A DNA stretch of 64,000 nucleotides, taken from NCBI GenBank assembly GCA_021813145.1, contig JAKALS010000003.1:105890-169889 (forward strand), read 5' to 3'. Under the pieces are notes generated by a model. The model was not told the DNA's origin. It saw only the letters and a program-made list of their open reading frames with translations, and did not search any database. The position numbers and the translations under genes are program-made. The stretch's first letter is position 1. Every line of letters starts with the position of its first letter. The DNA is from a bacterium (GTDB lineage Bacteria; Patescibacteriota; Microgenomatia; Levybacterales; UBA12049). Shown piece after piece: positions 1 through 8,973 of this stretch.

Positions 1-165
1 AGCAACTTTTGTAGCCAAAACACCCAAAAGGAAAGACGCAACAAGCAAAAGCGCCATTAATACAGGCGTATACTTAACGCTTTGGAAATTAAAGTTGGGG
101 ACAGAAAACGAAACTATTTTTTCCGAAGCCTCTGTTTTTTTACCTGCTGATGCTTTCTTAGGCAT
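1..165 (-). CDS. Partial CDS: N-terminal ~55 aa of a small membrane protein (MPKKASAGKK...LLLVASFLLGVLATKVA), running off the window edge
   Basis: Reverse complement of 1-165 reads as an open frame from an ATG at 163-165. It has a basic N-terminus followed by a hydrophobic helix. Not in the ORF track because it is shorter than 60 aa. Confidence 0.3.
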   Translation of the reverse strand, partial: MPKKASAGKKTEASEKIVSFSVPNFNFQSVKYTPVLMALLLVASFLLGVLATKVA

Positions 166-270
166 ACAGGCATTTTATATTCTCATAAGATTTATTGTCA
201 ATAGGTAAAAGGTAAGTAAAACAAAAAGAATAAATTGACATATTAAAATTATTGCTTTACTCTAATCTTA

Positions 271-837
271 ATGAGTAAAAGTTCTGTCGTCGAAATTCCC
301 GAACCCAGAGTGTCCTCATTGATTTTTGCCGATACAAGATTTTCCGTCGTTTGGTTTTTATTAAGGATTTATGTCGGATGGCAGTGGTTTTCTGCAGGTC
401 TTGAAAAACTTCAAAGTTCTTCCTGGGTAGGGAATAAAGCGGGGACGGCTCTTTTGGCCTTTGTTAATTCTTCTTTAGTAAAATCAACCGGTCCTCATGC
501 CGATGTTCAAGGTTGGTATGCCGTATTTTTGCAGCAATTTGTCTTACCCAATGTTACATTTTTTTCCTATATTGTTACATTTGGAGAGATTCTCGTCGGC
601 CTTGCTCTTATATTCGGCATTCTAACGGGAATTTCCGCATTTTTTGGCGCTTATATGAATATGAATTATCTTCTGGCGGGAACAGTAAGCATTAACCCTG
701 TCCTTTTTGCATTCGAGCTTTTACTTATACTTGCCTGGAGAATTGCCGGTTGGTGGGGTCTTGATAGGTATGTCTTGCCTTTCTTGGGTGCAAAATGGGA
801 GAACAGAAGCCGTCTTAAAAGGAGAAAACATGGATAA
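271..837 (+). CDS. DoxX-family membrane protein
   Basis: 188-aa polytopic protein. The 'RIYVGWQWFSAGLEKL' block is typical of the DoxX/DoxD family. The stop overlaps the next start by 8 nt. Confidence 0.6.
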   Translation: MSKSSVVEIPEPRVSSLIFADTRFSVVWFLLRIYVGWQWFSAGLEKLQSSSWVGNKAGTALLAFVNSSLVKSTGPHADVQGWYAVFLQQFVLPNVTFFSYIVTFGEILVGLALIFGILTGISAFFGAYMNMNYLLAGTVSINPVLFAFELLLILAWRIAGWWGLDRYVLPFLGAKWENRSRLKRRKHG

Positions 838-1834
838 AATAGTTTTTTTTGACGTCGAACCTTGGGAGGAAGAGCACTTAAAAAACTCGCTTTCGGACCC
901 CAATATAGTTTTTACCACGGATAAACTTACTTTAGAAAATGTTTCAAAGTATACTGATGCAAACATAATCTCCACTTTTATTTACTCTACTATTAATAAA
1001 GAACTTATAGACAAACTCCCTAACCTTAAATTTATAACAACAAGATCCATGGGCTTTGACCACATAGACATTTCATACTGTAAGGAAAAAAATATTACCG
1101 TTTCCAATGTCCCCACATACGGTTCTTATACGGTTGCAGAACACACTTTTTCTCTTATCCTGGCTATAACCAGAAAGCTTCTTCCTGCCATAGAAAAAGC
1201 AAAAAAAGGAGATTTTACGCCTACCGGACTTGAAGGGTTTGACATTCACGGTAAAACACTTGGAATAATAGGCGCAGGACATATAGGAGGAAATGTGGCA
1301 AGAATAGGTCTTGCCTTCGGAATGACTGTTCTTGTTTTTTCAAGGCATACGGACGAAGAGCTTCAAAAGCAGGGAGCAAAATTTGTAGACTTAGATACTT
1401 TGCTCGGCTCCTCGGACATTATAACCTTGCATGTCCCCTTAACAAAAGAAACGGAACATTTAATCAATTTGGGAAATATAGAAAAAATTAAAAAAGGGGC
1501 GGTTCTCATAAATACGGCAAGGGGAGGGCTGGTAGAAACCCAGGCGGTTTTGACAGGTTTGGAAAAAGGGATACTTTACGGAGCCGGGCTTGATGTTTTG
1601 GAAGAGGAATGCGATTTGAGGGAGGAAAAAGAATTGTTGACTGCCGAATTCTTCAAAACCTGCGACTTAAAAACAGATCTTCTAAATCACGTTTTATTAA
1701 CGAGAGATGATGTAATAATTACTCCCCATAACGCCTTCAACAGTAAGGAAGCGCTTGCCCAGATTAACGACACTACAATAGATAATATAAAAGCCTTCCT
1801 TTCGGGAAATCCACAGAATGTGGTTCAGCCTTAA
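830..1834 (+). CDS. D-isomer-specific 2-hydroxyacid dehydrogenase (NAD-binding; D-lactate/phosphoglycerate dehydrogenase family)
   Basis: Rossmann motif GIIGAGHIGGNVARI is present, and 'NTARGGLVE...ITPHNAF' is typical of the catalytic domain. The ATG at 830 sits after an AAGGAGAAAACA RBS. The track ORF at 707 reaches upstream into the DoxX frame region. Confidence 0.8.
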   Translation: MDKIVFFDVEPWEEEHLKNSLSDPNIVFTTDKLTLENVSKYTDANIISTFIYSTINKELIDKLPNLKFITTRSMGFDHIDISYCKEKNITVSNVPTYGSYTVAEHTFSLILAITRKLLPAIEKAKKGDFTPTGLEGFDIHGKTLGIIGAGHIGGNVARIGLAFGMTVLVFSRHTDEELQKQGAKFVDLDTLLGSSDIITLHVPLTKETEHLINLGNIEKIKKGAVLINTARGGLVETQAVLTGLEKGILYGAGLDVLEEECDLREEKELLTAEFFKTCDLKTDLLNHVLLTRDDVIITPHNAFNSKEALAQINDTTIDNIKAFLSGNPQNVVQP

Positions 1835-1865
1835 TCAATTTACATTCATTGTTTCATTTTCCCTA

Positions 1866-1895
1866 TTGACAAAAAATAATAGGGTGTCCTATGAT
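1866..1895 (+). promoter_or_regulatory. Sigma70-like promoter (TTGACA-18-TATGAT) for the 1923 operon
   Basis: TTGACA lies at 1866-1871 and TATGAT at 1890-1895, with an 18-nt spacer. This was seen directly in the sequence. Confidence 0.4.
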
Positions 1896-1899
1896 TTCC

Positions 1900-1920
1900 A
1901 TATCCCCCCAGGGGGGATAT
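1900..1920. promoter_or_regulatory. Perfect palindrome ATATCCCCCC-A-GGGGGGATAT, a candidate CsoR-type operator overlapping the RBS and +1 region
   Basis: A 10-nt inverted repeat flanks a single central A. G/C-tract pseudo-palindromes of the form ATA..CCCC...GGGG..TAT are the known operator type of CsoR repressors. A csoR-like gene lies 600 bp downstream in the same operon. Confidence 0.5.
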
Positions 1921-1922
1921 AA

Positions 1923-2501
1923 ATGAAAAAATTTCCGTTTCTTTTTTTACTATTGATATTTCTTCTCCTAACAAAAAATGTCAGTGCTCAAATGATGGGT
2001 AATTACCAAAACCAGACTCCGCCGTCTCAAAGCGACATACAGGAAGAACAGAATATGCAAAACGCCGGACAAAAGATTTGGCAAAATCTTCAATCCGGGA
2101 AAATTACCTGCTCAAATCTGACAAATGGCGATTACGAAAAATTAGGCGAATATTTTATGGGACAGGCAGCCGGAAGCACTCAGAATCATGTCTATTGGGA
2201 TAACAACATACAAAACATGATGGGAGAGCAGGGAGATACCCAGATACATATTGTTTGGGGAGAAAGGGGAAGCGGATGCCTTCCTAATGCCGTTATACCT
2301 TCCAATACGCCTTCTTTTTTTCGGGGAATGATGGGTAATTCAAATCGAGGAGGTGATTATAATATGATGTGGGGATACGGTGGCGGAAACTACATGGGAT
2401 TCGGCGGTTACGCCATTTTCGGATTCTTAACCTGGCTTGTATTATTAGTAGATCTTATTTTATTGGGCTTTTGGCTTTATAAACAAGTAAGGAAAAAATA
2501 A
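1923..2501 (+). CDS. Secreted Met/Gly/Asn/Gln-rich protein with signal peptide and C-terminal TM anchor (possible Cu(I)-binding Met-rich protein)
   Basis: N-terminal signal peptide MKKFPFLFLLLIFLLLTKNVSA. Met-rich stretches include MMGNSNRGGDYNMMWGYGGGNYMGFGG. A C-terminal hydrophobic helix is followed by KQVRKK. Met-rich motifs are characteristic of periplasmic Cu(I) binders. The function itself is inferred. Confidence 0.55.
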   Translation: MKKFPFLFLLLIFLLLTKNVSAQMMGNYQNQTPPSQSDIQEEQNMQNAGQKIWQNLQSGKITCSNLTNGDYEKLGEYFMGQAAGSTQNHVYWDNNIQNMMGEQGDTQIHIVWGERGSGCLPNAVIPSNTPSFFRGMMGNSNRGGDYNMMWGYGGGNYMGFGGYAIFGFLTWLVLLVDLILLGFWLYKQVRKK

Positions 2502-2502
2502 T

Positions 2503-2772
2503 ATGTACAGGCCAAAAGACACACAGGAAAGAATACTGCACAGACTAAAAATTGCAAGAGGACAACTCGATAAAGTGATTTCGATGGTCGATAAACAGGA
2601 ATACTGTATAGACATACTTCATCAGACTCAGGCAATAGAAGCAGCATTAAAACAAACGGATGATATTATAATGGAAAATCATCTTAAAACCTGCACGGCA
2701 GATGCAATAAAAAAAGGTAAGACAGAAGAAGCTGTCGGAGAAATAATGAAGGTGTTCCAAAAGAAAAAATGA
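2503..2772 (+). CDS. csoR: CsoR/RcnR-family (DUF156) metal-sensing transcriptional repressor, Cys-His-Cys (CsoR-like) signature
   Basis: An 89-aa four-helix-bundle protein. 'YCIDILHQTQAIEAAL' followed by 'HLKTC' gives the C...H-x3-C ligand pattern of Cu-sensing CsoR. Confidence 0.75.
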   Translation: MYRPKDTQERILHRLKIARGQLDKVISMVDKQEYCIDILHQTQAIEAALKQTDDIIMENHLKTCTADAIKKGKTEEAVGEIMKVFQKKK

Positions 2773-3905
2773 TTCCTCATCCGATTTTTCTATCCATTTT
2801 GTCTTCATTTTTTATGTTTTGGGAGATTTTATGGCCCCTTCTCCTAGGTTTTATGATTTCCGCCTTTATTCAGATATTTGTTTCGCATAAAACCATGGCA
2901 AGTCTTTTGGGTAAGGATACGCCGAAATGCTTTAGCCTTGCCGCGATATTTGGAGCCGCTTCCAGCTCATGTTCTTATGCAGCAGTTGCCCTTTCACGTG
3001 CTATTTTCAAAAAAGGGGCAACTTTTACTTCGTCTATGATTTTTGAACTTGCCTCCACAAATCTTGTGGTAGAGCTGGGGGTAATTCTTTTAGTGCTTAT
3101 GGGGTGGCAATTTGCCTTGTCCGAGTTTTTGGGAGGAATAATAATGGTTATCCTTATTGCTCTTATGTTAAGATTTACTTTAACCAAAAAAATGGTGGAA
3201 AAGGCAAGAATTCAGGCCGAAAAAGGCATTTCGGGGAAAATGGAAGGGCATTCTTCTATGGACATGACGGGAAAAAATCTTACCAGCCTGAGTCATTATT
3301 TCATTATGGATATATCCTCTGTCTGGGTCGATATAGTTTTAGGGCTTCTTATTGCCGGAGCAATCTCTGTTTTTGTTCCGTCTTCCTTCTGGCAAACTTT
3401 CTTCTTTAAGGGAAATCCTGCGGCGGCATTTATAGAAGGACCTATTATAGGTCCGTTAGTTGCAGTATTTTCTTTTGTTTGTTCGGTAGGAAACGTTCCT
3501 TTGGCAGCCGTTCTTTGGAAAGAGGGGATAAGTTTCGGAGGGGTAGCGAGCTTTATTTTTGCAGATTTAATTGTCCTACCCGTTCTTGATATATACAGAA
3601 AATATTATGGTTTTAAGATGATGGTTTATATTCTCTCGACTTTTTATCTTACTATGGTAATTTCGGGCTATATTATAGAAATTATTTTTTCTTTTTTGGG
3701 AATAATTCCCACTCAAAGGAATATCTCTTTACCGGCACCCTCTTTAAGTTTTAACTACACCCTTATTTTGAATACGATCTTCTTAGTTTTAGGTTTATTT
3801 TTATTTTTTAAGTTTTTAAGGACGGGAGGGCCTATGATGCTTAAAATGATGAATAAGCCGGATAAAAACATGACCGGGATGAATAGGGAAATGCATAAGC
3901 ACTAA
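2769..3905 (+). CDS. DUF318/COG0701 permease (ArsP-like two-repeat permease)
   Basis: 378 aa with about 8-10 TM helices. The 'AAIFGAASSSCSYAAVA' Cys-Ser motif resembles the TPFcSCS motif of the ArsP/DUF318 permease family. Its start overlaps the csoR stop. Confidence 0.55.
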   Translation: MIPHPIFLSILSSFFMFWEILWPLLLGFMISAFIQIFVSHKTMASLLGKDTPKCFSLAAIFGAASSSCSYAAVALSRAIFKKGATFTSSMIFELASTNLVVELGVILLVLMGWQFALSEFLGGIIMVILIALMLRFTLTKKMVEKARIQAEKGISGKMEGHSSMDMTGKNLTSLSHYFIMDISSVWVDIVLGLLIAGAISVFVPSSFWQTFFFKGNPAAAFIEGPIIGPLVAVFSFVCSVGNVPLAAVLWKEGISFGGVASFIFADLIVLPVLDIYRKYYGFKMMVYILSTFYLTMVISGYIIEIIFSFLGIIPTQRNISLPAPSLSFNYTLILNTIFLVLGLFLFFKFLRTGGPMMLKMMNKPDKNMTGMNREMHKH

Positions 3906-4006
3906 GCCATAAATAAAAGACCGAATATATTTTTACCTCAAAGTTCCTAATTCCGAATAACTTTCTTCCACTTGACAAAACAACCCCAAAAGTTGTATTT
4001 TAATAT

Positions 4007-4324
4007 TTGAGCAAACATTCAAATATGAAAACTCCTTTCAAAAAGCAGTCATCCGATTTCTACTCCGATAGGGCATCTCTTTTAAAATGCGTAGGAGATC
4101 CAAATACCCTTAAAATATTGGATGTACTTGCAAAAAGCGAAAATCCCTGCGTTTCTGATATCACAAAAAAACTGGATGTTTCAATTTCGGCAGTTTCCCA
4201 TCAACTTTCAAAACTTAAGGCTATGGGAATTGTGGAAACAAAGAGGACGGGACAAACCATTTGTTACACATTTTCAAACAGCGATAACGCAAACTTTGTT
4301 AAAAAATTGATTGACAGGGGGTAA
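4007..4324 (+). CDS. ArsR/SmtB-family winged-helix transcriptional regulator
   Basis: 'LKILDVLAKSENPCVSDITKKLDVSISAVSHQLSKLKAMGIV' is a classic ArsR HTH. Confidence 0.75.
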   Translation: MSKHSNMKTPFKKQSSDFYSDRASLLKCVGDPNTLKILDVLAKSENPCVSDITKKLDVSISAVSHQLSKLKAMGIVETKRTGQTICYTFSNSDNANFVKKLIDRG

Positions 4325-4361
4325 AGTCCTCTGATATTTTATAAAAGTTGGGAGGTGAATT

Positions 4362-4682
4362 ATGGCAGATTTAGTTTTAACGGATCAAAATTTCAAACAG
4401 GAAGTTTTGGATTCCAAAACACCTGTTTTGGTGGACTTTTGGGCCGAGTGGTGCATGCCCTGCAGGATAGTAAGTCCTATTGTCGAAGATTTGGCAAAAG
4501 ACTACGGAGAAAAACTCAAAGTCGGAAAACTCAACGTAGATGAAAACGGACAGACGGCACAAAGCTACGGGATAATGAGTATTCCGAGCCTTTTGGTCTT
4601 TAAAGACGGACAGGTTGTAAAACAAATGGTGGGAGCTCAAAGCAAGGACAATTTTAAAAGAGAAATTGATAGCGTGCTTTAA
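4362..4682 (+). CDS. trxA: Thioredoxin (variant CMPC active site)
   Basis: The 106-aa protein aligns along its full length with TrxA ('[12 protein letters not shown]...[10 protein letters not shown]'). The active site is WCMPC rather than WCGPC. Confidence 0.9.
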   Translation: MADLVLTDQNFKQEVLDSKTPVLVDFWAEWCMPCRIVSPIVEDLAKDYGEKLKVGKLNVDENGQTAQSYGIMSIPSLLVFKDGQVVKQMVGAQSKDNFKREIDSVL

Positions 4683-4793
4683 AAAACCCTTCAATTTCTA
4701 ATTTTTAATTTCTAAACAAATCATAATATTTTAAATTTTCAAAAATTGAAATTTATTCAAGATTTAGGTATTAGGGTTTAGAATTTTTTATCT

Positions 4794-5804
4794 ATGTACG
4801 ACGTAATAATTATCGGCTCGGGGCCTTCGGGTTTAACTGCAGCTATTTATAATACAAGAGCAGATTTAAAAACCCTTGTAATATCGGGCGTTAAATGGGG
4901 AGGCCAGCTTATGCTGACTACTGCCGTAGAGAATTTTCCGGGATTTCCGGAAGGAATACAGGGCCCGGATTTAATGGCAAACATGCGAAAGCAGGCAGAA
5001 AGATTTGGAGCCAAGTTTATAGACGACGACGTAACCTCCTTGGATGCTTCTTCACGCCCCTTTAAGGTTTCGGTCGGTGATAAGATTTACGAAGGGAAAA
5101 GCGTAATAATTGCAACGGGTGCCGATACCATGTGGCTTAATGTACCGGGAGAGCAGGAAAAAATAGGAAGAGGAGTATCTTCATGTGCCCCATGTGACGC
5201 GGCATTTTTTCGAAATAAAAATGTAATTGTTGTAGGAGGAGGAGACAGTGCCATGGAAGAGGCGGATGTCCTCTCGAAATTTGCATCCTCGGTTAGGCTT
5301 CTTCACAGAAGAGATACTTTTAAAGCTTCTGAAATAATGCAAAAAAGAGTTTTGGAAAATGAAAAGATAACTGTAATCTGGAACAGCGAAATAGAGGAGG
5401 TTTTGGGAGACCAAAAAGTCGAAAAAGTAAAAATAAAATCCAAAGGTACGGACAATAAAAGACTCAGGGTACACAAGCCAAAGGCGGAAGGAAATGATTT
5501 GTTAAGCGTAGAAGAACTTTCGGGAAACATACTAAAAGAAAACGGGGAAGAGTTGGAATGGGAAATGCCTATAGACGGAATATTCGTTGCAATAGGGCAT
5601 ATGCCAAACAGCAAAATATTTAAGGGCATAGAAACAGACGAGAAGGGTTTTATAAAAGCAGGAGAGAATTATGCGACAAATGTAGAAGGAATTTTTGTTG
5701 CGGGAGATGTGTATGATCACGAATATAAACAGGCCATAACTGCTGCGGGCTACGGCTGTGCAGCGGCTTTAGAAGTACAAAAATGGCTCAGGGAACAGGA
5801 GTAA
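4794..5804 (+). CDS. trxB: Thioredoxin-disulfide reductase (low-Mr type)
   Basis: FAD motif 'VIIIGSGPSGLTAAIY', redox-active 'CAPCDAAFF' and NADPH motif 'VVGGGDSAMEEA' are present. It carries an approximately 50-aa Lys/Glu-rich insertion. Confidence 0.85.
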   Translation: MYDVIIIGSGPSGLTAAIYNTRADLKTLVISGVKWGGQLMLTTAVENFPGFPEGIQGPDLMANMRKQAERFGAKFIDDDVTSLDASSRPFKVSVGDKIYEGKSVIIATGADTMWLNVPGEQEKIGRGVSSCAPCDAAFFRNKNVIVVGGGDSAMEEADVLSKFASSVRLLHRRDTFKASEIMQKRVLENEKITVIWNSEIEEVLGDQKVEKVKIKSKGTDNKRLRVHKPKAEGNDLLSVEELSGNILKENGEELEWEMPIDGIFVAIGHMPNSKIFKGIETDEKGFIKAGENYATNVEGIFVAGDVYDHEYKQAITAAGYGCAAALEVQKWLREQE

Positions 5805-5996
5805 AAAATCTACTGTTAAAATTTAATCCCTCAAAAAAGAGCTTTATTGTTTTTTTTGTTGTTTTAATTATTACCTCAGCTTATTTGCTCTTCTTTTTGT
5901 TCATAAATAGTTAATTTTTATATAGTAAATTTGCTTCTTGACTGTGCAATTATTAAAAGCTAATATCCACACGTTATTTAGCTTTCGGATTTATCA

Positions 5997-7259
5997 ATGC
6001 TTTTATTGAATAAGGATTTATCGGCTTTGCCATCGAACTTCTTACTGCCCGAAAAGAGAATTGGTTTTGCGGGAAATCTTTTGGAAGAATTGACCATAAA
6101 ACACAAAGAATTCACTCTTTACAAGGCGGGTCTCCCTTCTTACCCGCGAAACTTTACAAGAGATGTAATAATTGCTTCTTTAATAATGGGAAATTCAAAA
6201 ATGCTCGAGGACCAGCTGATTTTTTCCGCACACTTGCAGGGAACAAAAAAAGATCCGAGGACAGGTGAACAGCCCGGGGCAATTTTTCACGAATACGATA
6301 TAAAACTGGACGGGGGAGTAGAGCTTTCTCAAAGGCCGGGTAGGACTACTTTTTATGCGGCTTCGGATACTACAGCTTTGTTTCTAATAGGGCATGAATG
6401 GTACCAGAGAATGACGGGAGATAAAAAACTCTACCAAAAACAGAAAGCAAACATTTTACGCGCAACCGAATATATTTTAAGCCACCTTTACGGAGGAAGC
6501 ATATTTATAGAAGACCCAAGGTTTTGTGAAGCCGAGGCTTATGCTTTAAAGGTAACCTACTGGAAAGATTCACAGCTTTGGGGAAGACCCGGAGGGGAGC
6601 CAAAATATCCGGTTATTTATCCTCTTGCTCATATACAAAATATAGCGGGAATAAGAAGCGCTTCTTACCTTTTAAATTCAAAAGAGCTCGGAAAAGTTGC
6701 GGACCAAATGACAAGGGCACTGAATCTTATGTACGACGAAAAAACAAAAAATTTCCCAATTGCTATAGATTCACAAGGGGCGATAAACGGAATAAACTCC
6801 GATGGACTCCACTCTCTTTTTTATCTCGAGCCCGGTTCTTTAACCGGAAACAAGCTGGAAAAATTGGTGAAGTCTTCTATGCCTCTGGAAACTTCAATGG
6901 GATACAGAACTCTTATTCCGGAGATTGCAGCGGAAGCAAAGGACAAATACCATGCAGAGACCGTATGGACCCACGAACAGGCACAGATACATATAGGCGC
7001 AATAAAGCACCTTAATTGGGCAATTCAAAACTGTAAAGAAGAACTTTCGGCATCTCTTTCTCATGTTGCCGACGTTTCCGGTAGGATTTACAGTTATTTT
7101 AAAAATATTCAAGGAAGCTATCCCGAGCTTTTTATAATCAACAGCGAGGGGAATATGCTGCCCGGAGGCTGCGACCCCCAGCTTTGGGCTTATGCAGCGA
7201 AAGTCTATTTTGATAATTTTGCAAACAGCCAGACAACTCCTTCTAAATTGACTTTTTAA
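5997..7259 (+). CDS. Hypothetical protein, possibly an (alpha/alpha)6-barrel glycoside hydrolase (glycogen-debranching GDE_C-like)
   Basis: A 420-aa soluble protein. Motifs such as 'FYAASDTTALFLIGHEWYQRM' are reminiscent of amylo-alpha-1,6-glucosidase-like six-hairpin enzymes. The family call is a weak inference. Confidence 0.45.
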   Translation: MLLLNKDLSALPSNFLLPEKRIGFAGNLLEELTIKHKEFTLYKAGLPSYPRNFTRDVIIASLIMGNSKMLEDQLIFSAHLQGTKKDPRTGEQPGAIFHEYDIKLDGGVELSQRPGRTTFYAASDTTALFLIGHEWYQRMTGDKKLYQKQKANILRATEYILSHLYGGSIFIEDPRFCEAEAYALKVTYWKDSQLWGRPGGEPKYPVIYPLAHIQNIAGIRSASYLLNSKELGKVADQMTRALNLMYDEKTKNFPIAIDSQGAINGINSDGLHSLFYLEPGSLTGNKLEKLVKSSMPLETSMGYRTLIPEIAAEAKDKYHAETVWTHEQAQIHIGAIKHLNWAIQNCKEELSASLSHVADVSGRIYSYFKNIQGSYPELFIINSEGNMLPGGCDPQLWAYAAKVYFDNFANSQTTPSKLTF

Positions 7260-7289
7260 TAGCCTGCAACTATAATCCTGGTCAGAGAA

Positions 7290-7742
7290 ATGAGCAGGCG
7301 AGAAATTTTAGTCATTATTCTTTCCGGGTTATTTATTTTTGTCCTTGTTTTTTTTGCGGTTTACCGACTGGGAGGGGGAACAATAACCCTTCCGAGGCTA
7401 GGTAAACCTACTTCAGTACCCTCTCCATCGCCGCTTGCAAACTCCGTAATTAAAATAAACACTCCCTACAAAAATCAGACGGTAAAACCACCTTTTAAAA
7501 TAACAGGCGAAGCAAAAGTCCTCTCCAATAACTTTACCTATAGAATAACGGATTCTTTGGGAAGAATCTTGGGAGAAGGACAGGTAATGTCTAAAGGACA
7601 GACTTCTGCAGCCTTTGCTCCATTCGAGATTACGATAAATTCACTTCCCGATGTTAAAGGCAAGGGGCAGATAGAAGTTTTTAATTATACATCCGACGGA
7701 AAAATTACAAACGATCTCAAGGTTCCCGTAACTATACAATAA
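7290..7742 (+). CDS. Membrane-anchored protein with Gmad2/GerMN-like Ig-like domain
   Basis: An N-terminal TM is followed by a Pro/Ser linker and a beta-rich domain ('FKITGEAKVLSNNFTYRITDSLGRILGEGQV...') like the Gmad2 fold. Confidence 0.45.
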   Translation: MSRREILVIILSGLFIFVLVFFAVYRLGGGTITLPRLGKPTSVPSPSPLANSVIKINTPYKNQTVKPPFKITGEAKVLSNNFTYRITDSLGRILGEGQVMSKGQTSAAFAPFEITINSLPDVKGKGQIEVFNYTSDGKITNDLKVPVTIQ

Positions 7743-7744
7743 AT

Positions 7745-8089
7745 ATGGCATTGCCGGAAGAAGAATCAAGAAAATTATCCCTGCTTGAAAGGCTTGGCTC
7801 TATCGCGAGAGAGGACGAAAACGTAGTTCATGTAGCCGTAAGGACACTCACCACAAGAGATGAGATGGGAATGTTTTTAAGGGAATATTCAAATTTTCTT
7901 AAAGATAATTCCGACAATCCCCAAGCAAGGAATGAGCCTGAGGAAGTTGCAAAGAGGGAAATTATAGGAGCAACTGTAGATTTTCCTTATCAGGTTCTTC
8001 AGAGATGGGACCAGCTTTTTAGGGGAGTAGAGCCTCTTTCTTTAAATGTTAGACCTTTCAAAAAAGGTAAAGGTATGTATAGAGTTTAG
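7745..8089 (+). CDS. Hypothetical protein
   Basis: 114-aa ORF in an intact frame, packed directly after the previous gene. Confidence 0.4.
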   Translation: MALPEEESRKLSLLERLGSIAREDENVVHVAVRTLTTRDEMGMFLREYSNFLKDNSDNPQARNEPEEVAKREIIGATVDFPYQVLQRWDQLFRGVEPLSLNVRPFKKGKGMYRV

Positions 8090-8148
8090 TCCCCGTTGTG
8101 ACTATTTTTACTGCATAAATTTCCCCCATTTTTAAGATATAGGCGAAT

Positions 8149-8658
8149 ATGTCTACTACTATTGAATCCGGAATTGGGGGTTACGGGGAAAGCTTTGTAC
8201 GCAAAGATCTGCCTCATGTGGAAAAATTATCTCCGAGAGAAATTCAGATAATGGAATTTAAGGCAATGGGTATGGTAAACAAAGAAATAGCATGGAGATT
8301 GGGCATCAGCCAAGATACCGTAAAAAACACGATTTCTTTTGCGTTATATAAATCGGGAAGTACAACTTTTCCCACCATTTTGGCTCTTATTAACAGTGGC
8401 AAAATAAGCAGAGAAAGAGTTTCCGAGGGGCTCGATTTTGAAAAAGGGCAGGATATTACGGGAAAAGAGAGGGAAATAATGGAATATATTTCTTGTTCTA
8501 ACGGTAGAGACCAAACAATAGGGGAAATGGCACACAGCCTGGGAATCGCGCAGCAAACGCTTAAAAATTATTGTGCAAATATTTATCATAAGCTTGATGT
8601 CCCAAACCTTTTGAGGTTAAGAATTTTTCTTGCTTTGATGCCATCAGGTATCCAGTAA
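8149..8658 (+). CDS. Transcriptional regulator with two tandem LuxR/GerE-type HTH domains (no receiver domain)
   Basis: Two LuxR-type HTH blocks are present, 'LSPREIQIMEFKAMGMVNKEIAWRLGISQDTVKN' and 'ITGKEREIMEYISCSNGRDQTIGEMAHSLGIAQQTLKNY'. Confidence 0.6.
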   Translation: MSTTIESGIGGYGESFVRKDLPHVEKLSPREIQIMEFKAMGMVNKEIAWRLGISQDTVKNTISFALYKSGSTTFPTILALINSGKISRERVSEGLDFEKGQDITGKEREIMEYISCSNGRDQTIGEMAHSLGIAQQTLKNYCANIYHKLDVPNLLRLRIFLALMPSGIQ

Positions 8659-8973
8659 TTTGACTTTTGATATAGTTTAAACTACAATCCGCTCCGTTAT
8701 GGCAAATCGTGAGTTCCCAAGCACAGTCGGATACAAAGAACCCGAAGCCGGAGCAAAAGCTTTTTTTAAGCAGCAAAAACAGGCCCGAAGGAATGCTGCT
8801 ATTCTGGATAAGAAAAGAGCACTGATAAGAGAACTTCCCAGCCAAATAAGAACGGCGTAGGTTTTATTGAATTATTTCTTCTTTGTTAAATTGAACCCTT
8901 GGGCTATATTCCCATAAATCCGTTGTCTGTGAATTAGATCTTTTAGCCTGTGAAAGTTCAGTCCGGTATTCTT

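Noticed and set aside
513-975. Short ORFs 513-695(+) and 721-975(-)
   Set aside because: Nested in or antisense to the DoxX and dehydrogenase genes.
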